DNA of 62,219 nt, filler included, from Asterionella formosa (taxonomy: Eukaryota): the NCBI GenBank assembly GCA_002256025.1. It is 23 parts of 23 records of this genome, joined end to end, with 100 filler letters (N's around TTAATTAATTAA, not from the genome) between each part and the next. Parts side by side here need not be neighbours in the genome. Positions count along the whole stretch, not along the records: positions 59,619 to 62,219 come from NKIB01015071.1; 22 more parts are not named here. One strand, given 5' to 3'. The notes beneath the pieces are model-generated. The model did not search any database. It saw only the letters and a list, made by a program, of their open reading frames with translations, and was not told the DNA's origin. Below are positions 60,267 to 62,219 of the stretch, piece by piece; the stretch's first letter is position 1, and every line of letters begins with the position of its first letter. Both the position numbers and the translations under genes were made by a program.

Positions 60267-62219
60267 TCAGTCTTTGTCTCTAATAAGACCGTTGGCAAGT
60301 GCCATCAGCTGTTTGTAAACTGGTAGAACCTGGTTAAGTGCGACAATCATCTTCTGTTTTTGCGTTAGTGATACAACTTCCAAGATGATATCCAAACCAA
60401 ATTGAATCAGGTGGAGTTGATCTTCACCCGGTTCAAGTCCCTTGGCCAGAAGCAAACATATTTCGGCTGATATGCTATCGGGACATCGTCCACAATATCC
60501 CATTGCATTGTTCATACCTGACCCGAACCTCAAATTTTCTTCGTCATGTGCCCAGTGCAGATATTCCTGAAACGTTTCATTTTCAACCTCACCTGCTGCA
60601 AGATCAAGGAGGATCAGAATGGGTTCGTAGATAGGAAGGCAAGCAGTAGTAGCTCCCTCTGCGTAATGGTTATGGAATTTTTGCACCACACAGCAATCGA
60701 ATATTTGACGAGCTCTTGCAGCATATCCATACTCCTTATATACCCAAAGGATTGGGTAAAGTATCAAGCACGTATTGTGGACATTGCGCTCGTCCATCTG
60801 AGGAATTAACTGGCTAATTACAAATTGGCAACTTTGCAGAGCCTTTTCCTGCTGGCCTAGTGCCATGAGCCATATTGCAGCTAAACCAAAACACTGAGCT
60901 GCTCGATCTGATCCGTAGGCCTGGCAAAGCTTGCGAGAATATAAAATTGGTACGTAGAATTCGCGCAATTTTTCGAACACTTCTAGCGCGCCTTCGAACA
61001 TGCCAAGCCGCCCTAGCACTTCCGCCTGCATTGCTATAGCACGGGCAACATGAACGGGGTCGCCATGATTCTCTGTTTCGCTTACAAACTGAGCAATGAG
61101 CTCTCGCTCGTAGGAACAAGCTTCGTCTTGCTCTATTTGACCGAATTTAATGGCCACGAAAAGGCCTGAAAAAATTGGGAACAGACATGAGCGATCAATA
61201 ATATCTTTCGCCCCCTTCGCGTGCTTAAGGACCTGTGCCAAAGAGAAAACGCGTCATGAGTGCAGGCTTTTGGTATTCCGTCAATAGCTCCAGAGACTAT
61301 GAAACATACCCCAAGCGCATGCCTGTATGAGTCAACGCTCTCTTTTCCTTGATGAATGGTGGCAAGGGCCCTTGCGATTGCGTTAAAGAGTTTTACAATA
61401 GTTTCAATGCCATCGCCGCTTAAGCTGTCAAGACAGTTCTGAGTAAAATCTGTAAATTGTACGGAACAGTTAGCTTTCCAGCTGGAATTCAGAAAAGGCG
61501 ACAAATGAGCAACTTACTGCCAACAACCTTTTCTCCGCTGGAGTTCTGGGCACTCCATAGGCTCAATGCGTCTTCGTATAAGCGTATGCTTTGATTGTGC
61601 ATACCAAGATTCTCGTAAGTTGTCCCAATATCAATTGCCAATGTTGAAGCCTTCGATTGATCCCCACATGCCTTCCAATGACTGAAGAGTTTCATTCTAG
61701 AAAGATAGTCGTTCATATCTTCGCCGAGTTGAGCTTCCAGCGTTGAAGCAATGGTCCGATGAATATCGCGTTTTCGGCTGCCAAGCATGAGTTTCAAAAT
61801 TGTGCTTCTCCAGATCTCATGACAAAAGGCAAAACTGAACGACGATACCCGACTAGGAACACTTTTCTCGTCATTGTCATCGATGCCTTCTGAAGCAATC
61901 ATGTCTTGCTCCCCTATGTTGTCCGTATCTGCCAACTCTTCGTCATTGCGGATAAAGAAAAGAATTCCTTCGTCAACAGCCAATTCCAGAGCTTCCCGCG
62001 TTTTCAGGATGAGCAATATTTGATCAGACCCGTCCCCCCCAACAATTTCTCTTAGAACAGCTACCAATTCGACTAGCTCAAAGGTTGAACCGAGGACAGC
62101 ACCGATATTGAGTACATTTCGTACGGGCGCATCGAAGGAATCAATTCTGTGGAGAATGAGCTCTCCAACCGATGCAATTGCACTGGTGTCATTAGGTGGC
62201 ATGATGTCATCACTATTTG
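60267..62219 (-). CDS. ADCY10-like C-terminal region, allele 2
   Basis: Mirror of 52162..54114 with scattered substitutions. Confidence 0.7.

Overview
This window is not one locus. It is 23 short contigs (2617 down to 2601 bp, sorted by length) joined by artificial 100-nt linkers (N44-TTAATTAATTAA-N44). The DNA is eukaryotic: short GT-AG introns with CTRAC branch points, plus Copia, Gypsy, non-LTR and Crypton elements of the kinds known from diatoms. A diatom source is inferred, not shown. Host genes or fragments include an SdrD-B/mucin-like surface protein, ARM, LRR and TPR repeat proteins, a 2OG-Fe(II) oxygenase, DTD1, a PPR C-terminus, a kinase, LTO1 and an adenylate-cyclase-associated STAND/TPR C-terminus. 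Two contig pairs look like alleles, and three contigs are near-identical Copia 3' halves. The most interesting signal links three observations. (1) Intergenic DNA is full of TA-CC(W)GG-TA modules, and four comparisons between duplicated copies show single modules gained or lost exactly at a TA. (2) Two ~98-bp TA-flanked MITEs end in CCA...AGG, which predicts this module as their excision footprint. (3) Both outer LTR junctions of one Gypsy family abut CCTGGTACCT, suggesting it targets those footprints. Also notable are a head-to-tail (permuted) Crypton tyrosine-recombinase contig and a dispersed repeat family carrying runs of micro-exons. All family assignments are from motif recognition by eye; no searches were run.
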